This document shows positions 1 through 12,532 of a DNA stretch of 64,000 nt, piece after piece; position 1 is the stretch's first letter; the number at the start of each line of letters is the position of its first letter. This DNA is from Chrysomallon squamiferum (lineage: Eukaryota; Animalia; Mollusca): contig CM022673.1 in NCBI GenBank assembly GCA_012295275.1, positions 27,962,001 to 28,026,000 on the forward strand. The letters are read 5' to 3'. Position numbers and translations under genes: made by a program. The notes under the pieces are model-generated. The model searched no databases. It worked only from the letters and a program-made list of their open reading frames with translations, and was not told the DNA's origin.

Positions 1-165
1 TTTATTCGTGAAGTAAATATACATTCCGTAAATTCATGATTAATTTCAAATTTATTCATAAAATATTCCAAAGCTCCTACAAACATTACTTAATTGCAAA
101 TCAATTCAAAATTATTCGAACACACAAATTTCCACCGTTATGTAAAGTATGTTTATGAACTGATC

Positions 166-1926
166 TTAATGAGACGGCTGGTATTGCAGTTTTTAAGCTA
201 GCAATTCTCTCCTGGGCTCCGTTGTCGATATAGCACACCCCAAGTCGTCTCCCACATTTAATTTATTTCGGTGCTTGTTTTTAAGGATGAGAAGTTGGGA
301 GAATGCTGCTTCACATAAGTCAGTTGTTGGGAACGGCAATAAATTCCTTATTGCGATTTCTGATATTACTGGGAATTTTTGGAAACCTTTTGCCCAAATT
401 TCTTGTAGTTGCAGTTCACCAAACCATGATTTAGCTTCAAAATTGTTTGTTAAGTCGATGAACTCTTCTTCTGCTGCTTCAGGGACATCAGATACACTGG
501 CATTGAAAGGGTTGATTGTAAGAGAGAAAGATTTGCAACATTCATCAGGAAAATAATTTCTTATTTGAACAGTAAGATTTTCCAAATGCTCTTGTAGCAA
601 GCCATATAAGTCATCGATGTTAATTTCATTTGCCGCTTCTTCAACAAATTGGGCAAGTGTTGGGAACATGTATAATTTCTTTTGGTTAATTTTGATGATC
701 CAGAGTTCCAATTTCATTTTGAAAGACGATATACTTTCCTTGCCCTGTAATCCTGTATTAATACTATTAAATATCTCAAAAATGTCGACCAGGTATGCCA
801 ATTTGCACAACGTAAATTCATCCGTAAACAATGATTCATATTCGCTTGCATTTTGAGAAGCGAGAAATATTTGCAGCTCTCCTCTCAATTCAAAAAATCT
901 CTTCAACGCCTTTCCTTTCGAGAGCCACCTTACCTCTGTGTCAAACAATAGTGCTTCATGCGTTGAACCCAAATATTCACATAAAAGTTTGAAGAGCCGT
1001 GTTGCAAGTGGCCTTGATTTAACGACATTTACTGCTTTAATCACTCGGTTAAGCACTTCTTTGAATGGTTCAGGTAACGTCTTGGTAGCTAATACTTGTC
1101 GATGAGTCATGCAGTGAGTCTCAATTACTTCTGCAGTCACTTTTTTAACTAACGATTGGAAGCCAGACTTACAGCCGAGCATTGCAGGTGCCCCGTCAGT
1201 ACAAACTCCGCACAATTTCTCCCATTCGATTGAATGTTCTTTGAAGAAATCATCAATTAAATAAAAAATATCAGCAGCAGTAGTTGAAGTTTGCAGAGGC
1301 TTACAAAACAAGAAATCTTCTTTAATTTTTTCATTTTTATAATAACGAACATACACAAGAAGTTGTGCAAAGTTTGTCACATCAGTAGTTTCATCAAGCT
1401 GTATGCTGAACAGCCCAGTTGGAGTTTCTTTTAATTCTTGAATAATTTGGCATAAAATATCCTCGGACACATCTGTTATCCTTCGTTTTACTGTATTGTT
1501 TGACACGGATAGAGGCGATAATTTATTTACTGCTTCAGGACCGATCATGAGACGTACAATATCTTTGGTGCATGGAAAACTAAGATTCTCAGCTGTTGTG
1601 TGTGGTTTTTTAACATGTGCTGTTCTTAATGCAACCGTGTATGAAGCTTCGATGGCGGCTAAAAAATTTTTTTGAAATAATCCACTGCTATCAAGCCGGC
1701 GGCTTTTGACACCAACAACTTTTGCTTTAAAAAAGTCAATACTTTTATCTTTCAAATCAGGGTGCTTAGTTTGGAGATGTCTTTGAAGTTTAGCTGGTTT
1801 CATAGACTCATGAGCAAGAACTTCCAAACATACTACTCACTGTGGTCTTTCCACACCTGCAATAACTATGTCAGTGAATCCCCACTTCGAGAAATCATCG
1901 CTGTACTTTCTCTTTCTTACACTCAT
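166..1926 (-). pseudogene. hAT transposase (ZBED8/SCAND3/FAM200-like family) interrupted by in-frame stops
   Basis: Motifs FSIQLDETTD, VCTDGAPAM, HCMTH (CxxH), VRWLSKG and TDLCEAAFS give the DDE triad. The frame extends upstream to ATG 1926 (MSVRKRKYSDDFSKWGF...RPQ*VVCLEV) with TGA at 1837-1839 in place of a BED-finger Cys. It extends downstream past TAA 193-195 to the family-typical end KLQYQPSH* (stop 166-168). Confidence 0.9.
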
Positions 1927-2007
1927 TTTTAAAGGGTTAAGAATCACTCAAACAAAACTAACTACGTGTCACTGCAAGTGCGAGTACAACACTAGGTAAG
2001 TGGGAGG

Positions 2008-2246
2008 CAGTGTTGCCAGATGGCTCATACAGAAATCGTTTAGAACTAGCTTTGAAAATGGCTAAAAACTGGCTAGACTTAATAGTAAATGGCTAAAGAA
2101 AACGGCTAAATTTATCTGTGCATTTTTATGAATAGTTTCTCAAGTATTCTTACAAAAAATCTAGCCACTAAATGAGTTTTTTTTTCGGCCAGATGCTGCC
2201 AAATTTGGCTAAATCTAGCCGGAAATCAGCTAATTTGGCAACACTG
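2008..2246. mobile_element. 239-bp non-autonomous TIR element (MITE) nested in the hAT 5' region
   Basis: TIRs CAGTGTTGCCA (2008-2018) and TGGCAACACTG (2236-2246). Perfect 8-bp direct repeat GTGGGAGG at 2000-2007 and 2247-2254. Internal GGCTAAA/TAGCC repeats. Confidence 0.8.
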
Positions 2247-3036
2247 GTGGGAGGAGCGACAGTGGTGGCGCGACCAAAACAAAACAGAAACCAAACATGT
2301 TCAATACTGGCTCAGACGTTGTGTTGAGTGACTTAGGGAACTGTTACATTTAGTTTCATAGTATGAATTTATATAACTGTCTTAATATGTTTTTCACCGT
2401 GTTTTATATAATATTCACATTCGGCTCAAAATCAATTAACGACCCCATGGCATTGGTGTCGCGACCCCATTTGGGGTCGAGGCCCACAGGTAGGGAACCA
2501 CTGGACTAAATGATTGTGTGAAATGATGTAAAGATTCTCTATGTGACTGCTAGAAATGATTGGTTAATTCGCTGAAAGGCGACTTAAAATGAAAAATATT
2601 TACACAATGGAGGTGGCTTGAATTGAAATGCAAATGAATCAAATGATTGTGATATACAGAAATAGATAGATAAACAATGGATAGATAGATCTATGTCTGT
2701 ATATTATATATATAATAAAAATCGTCATATATCCTATGATTTGTGCCATCATTTCTGTATGTTAATTTGAAAATGAAATTTAGAAACAAACCATTAAGTG
2801 GCAAAGTAAGAATTAAAATAACAGAATAACAAAATAAATAAATAAATGATATGAAATAAAATAAAATATACAAAATTTGATGATGACACACACACACACA
2901 CAGATAAATATCTTTAAAAAGGAGTATGCTTTACAAATATAGCGTTTATTTTAAACCATCCTGTACTAATTTCAATCGTGATTTTGACATTAGATTATTA
3001 TATTTACACTGAAAGAAAAAATATTTAATTATTTAA

Positions 3037-3040
<4 letters not shown>

Positions 3041-3104
<64 letters not shown>
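3041..3104. repeat. (GA)n microsatellite
   Basis: Direct reading. Confidence 0.95.
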
Positions 3105-3106
<2 letters not shown>

Positions 3107-3429
3107 TTTAAATGCATTTCAGGTTTTTCCAACGAACAGTGTAAATAACAGTTAAATAAGATATAAAAAACAACAAAACAATCATATAAACATAATAAAC
3201 TGAATAATATGTATTTATAACAGAATATTAATTGCTGAAGTGACATACGTCATTTCATCACCTATTCTACATTGCAACCTGGGACGGAAGAAAACTCTAT
3301 TAACTATTTTAAATATTATATATATTTGATTTAACATTTGTGTGTGTGTGTGTGTGTATGTGTGTGTGTTTGTGTGTTTGTGTTTTAAGACAGGCACAAT
3401 ACCAAAAATTATGTTATTGGTTTAATTAC

Positions 3430-4060
3430 ATGGAATCACGTGTTTTCTATTCATCCAATCAGAAATGACCTTTGATGGCCTTCAACTTTCCAATTCAGTG
3501 GAAAGGCAGTGGAAAGTAATTGTGTGAATTGGAAATATGCTCCCTTCCAGTTAGCGACTTTCACCTAGACAGGTAGAGTAGATTCAACATTTATTTTTAT
3601 ATTTTTATATTTTGTCCCCTGTTACTGAAACATCTGGCTGGGTGTGGTTATATTTAACAAATTATCGAGTCCAACGACGACACAGGAAGCCGGCTTTGCT
3701 TTGGTGACGAGGGAAACAAAAACCGCGCCGCGTTGGTGTGCAAGCAGCCACGACGACCACATCTGAAACTGACACCGTGGCAACGTTCACTACATCTTCA
3801 CGTGTGTTAGTACGTTACGTCTTCTGATCACATTTTTTTTTCTCTTTAATTTTTTCTTCTTCGTATAATTACACTGACTGACGAGTAAGAAACGTTAACG
3901 GGTTTCAGGTCTGGCACGTTGCCAGTCGTGACCTACATCATCGGCGATTTATCGTTGACGCCCAGATGTGCACGCGACTTGTTTTGTTTAGTACACTTGC
4001 AGAAACACATGTTGAGAGAGAGATGTACATACGTATGTATGTTTTACAGTCACGTGGAGC
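3430..4060 (+). promoter_or_regulatory. Probable FAR promoter and non-coding first exon
   Basis: Locally CpG-rich. ATCACGTG at 3435, CCAATCAG at 3455, TGACCTTTGA at 3466. Candidate donor GA|GTAAGA at 3885. The ATG exon has an acceptor only 4 nt before the ATG, which implies an upstream UTR exon. Confidence 0.55.
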
Positions 4061-4206
4061 GTCTGCACAGATTTACAAATTACGAGAACTCGGCACATCA
4101 TTTAATATTGTTGATCATTAATTTTACTAACAGCAACGCTATTCAGTATTACACTGTTTTATACCAGTTTTGATTACATACATATATACATACTTACTTA
4201 TACATC

Positions 4207-4241
<35 letters not shown>

Positions 4242-4452
4242 GATATATACAATGATACATTCATATGTAAACATACATATTGAACCATGCATACAGAAAT
4301 ACATGTATCTTATTATACATTTCATACTGGAAGTTAAAAAACTGTACCTATAAACTCACACACACGTCAAACACAATACAGTATAATATTACACATAAAT
4401 ACAAACATGATCTTGTATCGAAACACACAGATACACCCACACACATACACAC

Positions 4453-4501
<49 letters not shown>

Positions 4502-5301
4502 GTACAGTTTGAATCATATTTTTATTATATGGCTTGCACATCAGTATAAATTTACGTATATCCAGCACTTTGATAATAAAGCACCTATTAATGTAAAGGT
4601 AATTTCAACAGCTGTTGCTCTGCAGATACTCTGTATTATATAGATTTTTATATATATATATATATATCTAGACACGTGCAATTAATGGGAATCAGTTATT
4701 CTCTTTTCTAATATAATTTAGTATAATGAGGCTTTATGTGTGTGTTCTCTTGGTTTCTACAAATTGCAGAATATTTAAACCTTTTTTTTTTAATGTCATG
4801 TACAAATGTGCACATATAAATCATTAAATGTATTTACGTCCATACATACATGTATCAAATGGTGTGTGTGCATGTTTATGGATATATATATATATATGCA
4901 ACTAACAGTAAATTGATTATTTACCAGTTGACCATTTTTCACTCAATTCTTCACTTTCAAATGAATGTCTTAGTTCTTCTGACATCTTATCAACAAGCTT
5001 GTCCTGGATTTAAGCATAAACTAAACATTTAATTTCAGGGTCTTAAATATTTCCCCCAAAAATTTCTCTGCATGTGTGTTCACAAGGAAATGCCAAAAAG
5101 CTCATAGGCCAACAGCATTATCTTACCGAAGAAAAAAAACACATGAAATTAGAACAAGAATCCACAAGATGGACAAATAATCTGATTTTACAGATCACTT
5201 GAAAACATTTTGACTTTTATTTCCTCAGACAGGGCTTTTCTCTGAACTTTTGACATGTTGTTTTGTTTTGTTACATTTATTTTTTTTTTTTTTTCAGAGC
5301 T

Positions 5302-5607
5302 ATGGGCAGTCAGACAGATCCCCAGAAGAGCAGCTACCTGATGACCGATGGACATTCACACCTGGCCGACTCCGTGGACTTTTCCAACCCAACTTACCCC
5401 AAAAGTGTCGATTCTGTCGACTTGTCTGTTGCTGAGTTTTATCGGGGGAAGAAGATTCTAGTCACTGGTGCCACGGGATTTGTAGGCAAAGTGCTGATTG
5501 AGAAGTTGTTTCGTTCCTGTCCGGACATAGACACAGTCTACACCCTCATCCGACCCAAGAAGACTCAGGACATACACGAGAGAACAAAGGAACTGACACA
5601 GTCGGTG
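5302..5607 (+). CDS. FAR1: FAR coding exon 1 (MGSQTD...[15 protein letters not shown]...KELTQSV)
   Basis: Poly-T/CAG acceptor at 5297, ATG 5302, donor GTGGGT at 5608. Confidence 0.9.
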
Positions 5608-6133
5608 GTGGGTGCTGTTACTGCGTTTATTCTCGTGTTAGTTATGTAAATAATAGTTATAAAACTCATAATATGTTGTCAGTATTATAAATAATATTCA
5701 TTGCAGCATTTTCTGAAAATCTTAGTTTGTCCTCTTGGTGTATCTGGAATAGTTGGAATTCATTGTTTGATTTGTAGTACTGAGCCAATGTGCCGGCAGA
5801 CAAAGGCACTGATACATGCATATGCAAGAATGCATGCATGTACACACACACACACACACACACATATTCCTAATTTAGAGATTAACTTTGAATAGGAGCT
5901 GTTACTGAGTTGTTAAGAATGAGCTAACTCTACACATTTTTTTTAAACCATTTTTTGACGTTGATCAGAAGTTTACTACTAATATAAGTAGGTAGTTACT
6001 TTTAAGGAACTGTATACTTTTTAAGTAGGTTGTATACTTTTTAGTAACTTTATACTTTTAAGTAGCTGTATACTTTTTAAGTAGGTTGTATACTTTTAGG
6101 TAACTGTTGAAAAGAAAGGTTGGGTAGTACAGA

Positions 6134-6180
<47 letters not shown>

Positions 6181-6308
6181 ATCTGGTTATCTGAATATAT
6201 ATCTGTATGCATTGATCTCTATGTCTGTTTCTGTCTATATATAAATACATATGCTATCTATCTATATATATATATATATATATATTACATATATAGATAT
6301 ATAGCTTT

Positions 6309-6355
<47 letters not shown>

Positions 6356-6664
6356 TATAGATATAATAAAGAACTGTAGGTAATTATACCATTCAGACAG
6401 GTGTTTGTCATGGTTCAAAGGCAGGAAACAATTACTTTTGATTTGTGATCAGACAATGCAGTAAGTTTATACATGGCCTCCAGTTAAACAGTTCAGTTCT
6501 AACGGTCGTTTTGTGTTCTGTAAGCAGAAAACCCAGATTAATTAACATATTTATAAAGTTTACTTTGCTGTTCAGCAGTCCATGAAGTACAGTTTCCGGG
6601 CTATTGAAGTCTGCATCTTCAGCATGTTGTCTTCATATAGGGTGTGTGTTGTCACTGGTGTATA

Positions 6665-6708
<44 letters not shown>

Positions 6709-7893
6709 ATATATATATATATATAGGGGTGTGTGTGTGTGTGTGTGTTTGTGTGTCTGTATGTGAGTAATATTAGTACTAAGTTCTTCTGTGCATTTAA
6801 AAAAAAACCTTACAAATAATTTAATAAAATTTAAATCACAATGTAAATCAACAATGTAAATCAAAATTTATCACACACACACACACACACACATTTATAT
6901 ATATATATATATACACACAAGCACACACACACACACACACATACAGACACATATATACACAATGTATACACACATTCAGACATATACATAAAAACATACA
7001 CACACAAAGACACACACACCTTATTACTTATTACTTTTATCCGACTTTATTTTGACAAAAGTCTTTCCAATGCAAAACAAAATATTTAAAAAAAGAAAAA
7101 AGAAAAGAAAAGAAAGGCACATTTTTTAAGATAATATCCAAAATAGCTGTGTTAACAGCAAGACAGAGTTAGACATGTTTTTGTTACCAGGTAGAAGTTA
7201 TTCAGTACTAGGAGGAGGGTGTGCAAACATTTCACTGTTATTTGGATACGGATATGTAGAAAATGGTTCATGATACAAGAAAATAAAGTAAAAGATCTTT
7301 GCTTAATAAATACAATTAAGTGTAGAGTAAAAATGTTTTTTCTTGTGTGTTTGTATGTGTTTGTTGGTGTGTTTGTGTGTGAATGTGTGTATTTGTGTGT
7401 GTGTGTGTGTGTTCGTGTGTGTGTGTGTGTTGTGTGTGTGTGTGTGTGTGTGTGTGTGCTTATCCTGCTATCTCTGTTCACATGACAACTAAGTGCATTT
7501 CTCTATTTTCAGGCAATGGCCAAAAAATATATAGCTTATTTGGATCTGAAGTATATTTACTTTGATTAATTACTTGTTATTTGCATAAGTTACGTTTTTT
7601 TTAAGTGTTTAATTTCTGGTTCAGATCTTAAAAAAGATGATTTTGAAAATGTTTAAAAAAAAAGGTTGTCCTTTAAGAACTGTTTTGTTTTTAAAGATAG
7701 TGTTTGTTAGTGATAGTGAAGTAATGAGTTGAGATTGCTGGATGAAGTAATAAATGTAAAGTTTTCTGTGGTATCCTGCTCGGATCAAATGTCAGATGCT
7801 GCAGGGCAGAATAAAGCTGTTATCTTGAGACAGTAACCAGTTATTCCACATGTGAGTGAGTGAGTGTCTGTGTGTGTGTGTGTCTGTGAGAGT

Positions 7894-7946
<53 letters not shown>

Positions 7947-7961
7947 TTTGTGTATGTGTGA

Positions 7962-8014
<53 letters not shown>

Positions 8015-8138
8015 GTGTGTGTGTGAGAGAGAGTTTGTGTGTGTGATAGTGTGTGTGTGTGAGAGAGTTTGTGTGTGTGTGTGTGTGTGTGTTTGTGTGT
8101 GTGAGAGAGAGAGTGTGTGTGTGTGTGTGTGTGAGTGA

Positions 8139-8169
<31 letters not shown>

Positions 8170-8273
8170 AGAGTGTATGTGTGTAAGTCTGTGTGTGTGT
8201 GAGAGAGTGTGTGTGTGTGTGTGTGTGTGTTTGTGTGTAATGTATTTAAGGATGTCTTTGGGATTAATTGGTA

Positions 8274-8312
<39 letters not shown>

Positions 8313-9738
8313 ATGTAATTTTATATTTTTCACACATATTAGGTTCAGTTAGATAACAAACTGAAGTGAATGAATTTGTTGAAACTAGGATGTAGTTAAA
8401 AATGTATTCCCTCGTTGACTGTGAATTTTAAAATGTCACGATACTTCAGTGTTTTGGTTTCACATGACTAGGAATCAGTTTACTAGATCTGTGTAAAATG
8501 ATCTTGTGATTTACTTACCTGTACTTACATACCTGCAGGGTTCGTGCTAGATTTGAAACAATAGGGACAAGCAAGGTTTTGAGAAGAAGAAGTCGAATAT
8601 GTTGAAATATTTATTTAAACACCCATCAGACCTCTGTGAACAGTTTGGTACTTGGGTCATTAGTGACTTTATATTTTTCAAATTGTATCTTTCTTCCATT
8701 GTTTTCAGAGCTTTGTTTAAATCAAAACTTTGACATGCAGTTTCTGGTCCATCTTTGGAAATCTTCTTCAAAGTCATTCAGTTTATTATTCAGTTGTATT
8801 CTCAAGTTTGTTTGTGATTACTTCCAGCCCAGTACCTCCTTTCTCAGACCACTACCTACATGGTTTTGTAAATTGTAATCTATACTCTTTTTTTTTCAGG
8901 CTTAATCAAGCATTTACTTCTATCTCTGATTTCTTGACCTGATACATAATACATTCATTTGTGGTTTCAAACATAAGGTTCTGAAATATTTTCAGTTATT
9001 TTGCAGAGAATGAATGATATAATAAAAAATTAATTTTTTTCTTTTTTTTTCTTAAATGACAAACAATCTATCCATGCAACCCCTCCCCCCCAAAAAGTAT
9101 GTTTATATATCCATCAAGGTTTGATGTCAAAACATCACAAACACCTTTTCAAAACAACATGTGACTTGATAAATTATACTAGAATGTTTAACATTAAAAA
9201 TAAACAACAGAAATATCATTAATATTTATGAAAATTATTTAAAGATAAATGTAAATGTGTCATAATTATTATTTGATTGGTAAAGTAAAAACAACAGCAG
9301 TATGGTGATTTTGTTTTTTGGGGGAAATTTTTACTTTAAATCCATTCTGTTGAGTTTTATAAACACAAAAGAAGTAAACTGAAATACTTTAAAGTGAGCA
9401 GTGAACTCTTAAGAAAACGTCTGGAATGTTTAAATCTGGTTTGAAAATAGCTCGAGCAGTACTTAACATGACAGAACAGTCACTTGAAAGTTGGGGAAGT
9501 TGCAGTTTCTGCAGATGAGCTGATAGAGCCACTCAGTGCAAGCTGTTTCTGTTACTGGCATCTGTTTCAAAATGCTGATTGAGATGATGTGGGCTGTTGT
9601 GGCAGAAGCAAAAATTAATTTTTAACTGCAGTTTATTGATTATGGTACAATGAGCCAATACCGGTTACAATTTCCTCTGTACTTTTCCGAATAGAATATA
9701 ATAATATTTATGACCAGTGCATCTTAATATATATCTGA

Positions 9739-9795
<57 letters not shown>

Positions 9796-10356
9796 AACTC
9801 TTTTTTTTCACTTCTGTTTCTCTCATTCTTTCTCTTTTATGGGTGTCTGTCTGTATCTGATACTTTCGTAGAGAATACTTTGATGTATAAATTGACAGTT
9901 AATTTATCAGTATCGTATATTACTTAAACATTACTGATTTCAATAATTTATTAACTATATATGGAAATTGTAACTGATGGGAGAAGGAGGTTTTCTTCTT
10001 TTTCTTCTATTTTATTTTATTTTATTTTTTAGTTTATATGAGCTTTGCAGATATAGAAACACCTGCTATACTGTTGCCATATTCTAAATGAACCCAAATT
10101 TATATTTATAACATTTTACAGCTAACATAAATGATTGATTTGTGATGAGAAATTCTGTGTGAGGCAGGGAGACCCAGACAATGTGATACATGACTTTAAA
10201 ATAAATCGGACATTATTTTGTTTTGTAATTTTATTTTATTTTTTCATAATTTTAAAAAAAAAAAAAAAAAAAAAAAAATGGTTTTGTCTGCATGTTACAC
10301 AACATTTTATATTCGATTCCTCAGTTTTCGTTTTTTTTCTGACATTCTTTTTTTTT

Positions 10357-10390
<34 letters not shown>

Positions 10391-12475
10391 ATTTATTTTT
10401 TTTATTTATTGTTCATTGAGGGATTTCCAATATCATTTTGTTGTGGTATCAGAAATTTATAATTGGAAACTTTAACATTAGAGAGTAATTATCAGCTATC
10501 ACAGTGCAAATAAAATCAAAATTCACTTCATATGCTCAATTTTTTTTTTATTCAGACATTTTTATATATTGTGTGTACGTGTGTGTGTTTTTTTTAAATG
10601 TATTTATTTACTGAATTTTTTAAAATATTGGTTAAACAATTCCAGCTGTATGACAAACTGAGAAAAGACTGCCCAGATTTTGAGAAAAAGCTACATCCTA
10701 TCAAGGGGGATATCAGCCAGAAGGGTTTGGGGTTGTCGCCTGAAGATCGAAAGCTTCTGGAGGACAATGTGCAGATAGTGTTTCACAGTGCTGCAACAGT
10801 TCGCTTTGACGAAACTCTCAGGTAGTGTAACTGTGGGGCCTTGAACTCCCAAACCTAATGTCTGTAGATGTAAAATACTGTTTGTTCCATGTTTGTGATG
10901 TGGGAATTGGGTGCTTAATAAAAATTGTTTACTGGTTAGTTCCATGTTAAGAATATCAAAACAAAATATATGACCTGTTTCCATGAATATAAAACAAAGC
11001 AGTGAAATTTATGTTATAAGCTGTGTAAATCAAGCCACTTAATGATACTTACTTTGATAAAAAATCAAACCACTTAATGATAAAGTCAGAATGTTACGTA
11101 AAAAGTCATGCAGATCAAACTGCTTTGTGATATAGTCAGAACTTTATATCTCTGGTATGGTAAACCTTAGTCACATCCCTTCAACTTTATTTCTAATTGT
11201 GTGTATAAAGCATTAAATAAACAGAAATATTATATTGAGTGCACTGACAAATTAAAACATTTCATTCTTTCACTTCAGTTTACACTGGGTTAAAAACATG
11301 TATTTGTATTATTTTCATCTTGGTCTGAACACTAATAGTTAGTATTTTATCTTTCGCAGGGTGGCTTTGCAGCTGAATGTTCTTGCAGTTAGAGAAATGA
11401 TAGTGTTGGCCAAGTCTCTTAGCAAACTACAGGTAAGTCGTTACATTATAATCAAGTTATTGTGACTATGGACATTACTATGTTGACAAAATCATTAAGC
11501 AAAATAAAGATAAATTTTAATTTTATCACAACCAGTTGAAATGCAATATCTTTCCATGTCTGAAAAAGATTAAAGTGAAAATATCTATTCTTTTTATAAA
11601 TCATCATCATCATCATCATTATTGTTGTTGTTGTTGTGGTTGTAGTTGTGATAGTTATTGTTTTTGTTTATTACAGGTGTTTGTGCATGTATCCACAGCA
11701 TATGCAAACTGTGATAGGCCATTCATTCAGGAAATGGTTTATCCTCCTCCAGTAGATCCACAGAAATTAATTGATGCTTTAGAGTAAGTATCTTGACATA
11801 CAGTTTTATTTCTTTCCTTATTTAAGTAATCACATATAGAATAGTTTAAAAATTAGTTACTTTGTTACATACTGTTAAGTAATTGGTTCAATATTGGTTA
11901 CTTTGTACTACATTGTTAAAAATTGGTTTAATATTAGTCACTTTTTGACATGTTATTAAATAATTGGTTTAATATTGCATCTAATTTGTGATACATTGTT
12001 ATATAATAGGTTTAATATTTGTTACTTTGTAATACAAAATTTGGTTTAATATTAAAGTGAAGTTAGATATATTATGACGTCATTGGTTTGATATTGCATT
12101 CAGCTTGCAACCATGAACCTTAGATTTAAAATGAGTTGTTGAATCATGTAACAGTAGATTTTTTGAGGAAAAGAAAAAAAGGTTAAAGAAATCATTGATT
12201 TCTGACACATTTCTTTGTGTTGTTGTTCCTGCTGCTGTACTCACAGTTGGATGGATGATGAGATGCTGGAAATTCTGACTCCCAGATTACTGAATGGCAA
12301 GCCCAACACATACACATACACCAAACACCTGGGTGAGAATGTTCTCGTTAATGAAGGAGCTGGTCTTCCATTGGCCATTGTCCGACCTTCCATTATAGGA
12401 GCAGCCTGGAAGGAGCCATTACCTGTAAGTTTATATGCTTCTTCTCCTCCTTCTTCTCCTTCAGTCCAATCCACC

Positions 12476-12532
<57 letters not shown>

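Larger units (their letters stand above)
1..2503 (-). mobile_element. hAT-superfamily (Buster/Charlie-type) DNA transposon; the other terminus lies left of the window
   Basis: Minus-strand terminus reads CAGTGGTTCCCTACCTGTGGG from 2503, a Charlie/Buster-type TIR. Subterminal palindrome CGACCCCATTTGGGGTCG at 2462-2479. The flanking 8-mer GACTAAAT (2504-2511) fits the nnnTAnnn Buster target site. Encodes a hAT transposase. Confidence 0.9.

Noticed and set aside
275-856. Short + strand ORFs
   Set aside because: Antisense shadows of the transposase.
7785-8337. 181-182 aa His/Thr-rich ORFs
   Set aside because: Translations of a (TG)n/(GA)n microsatellite.
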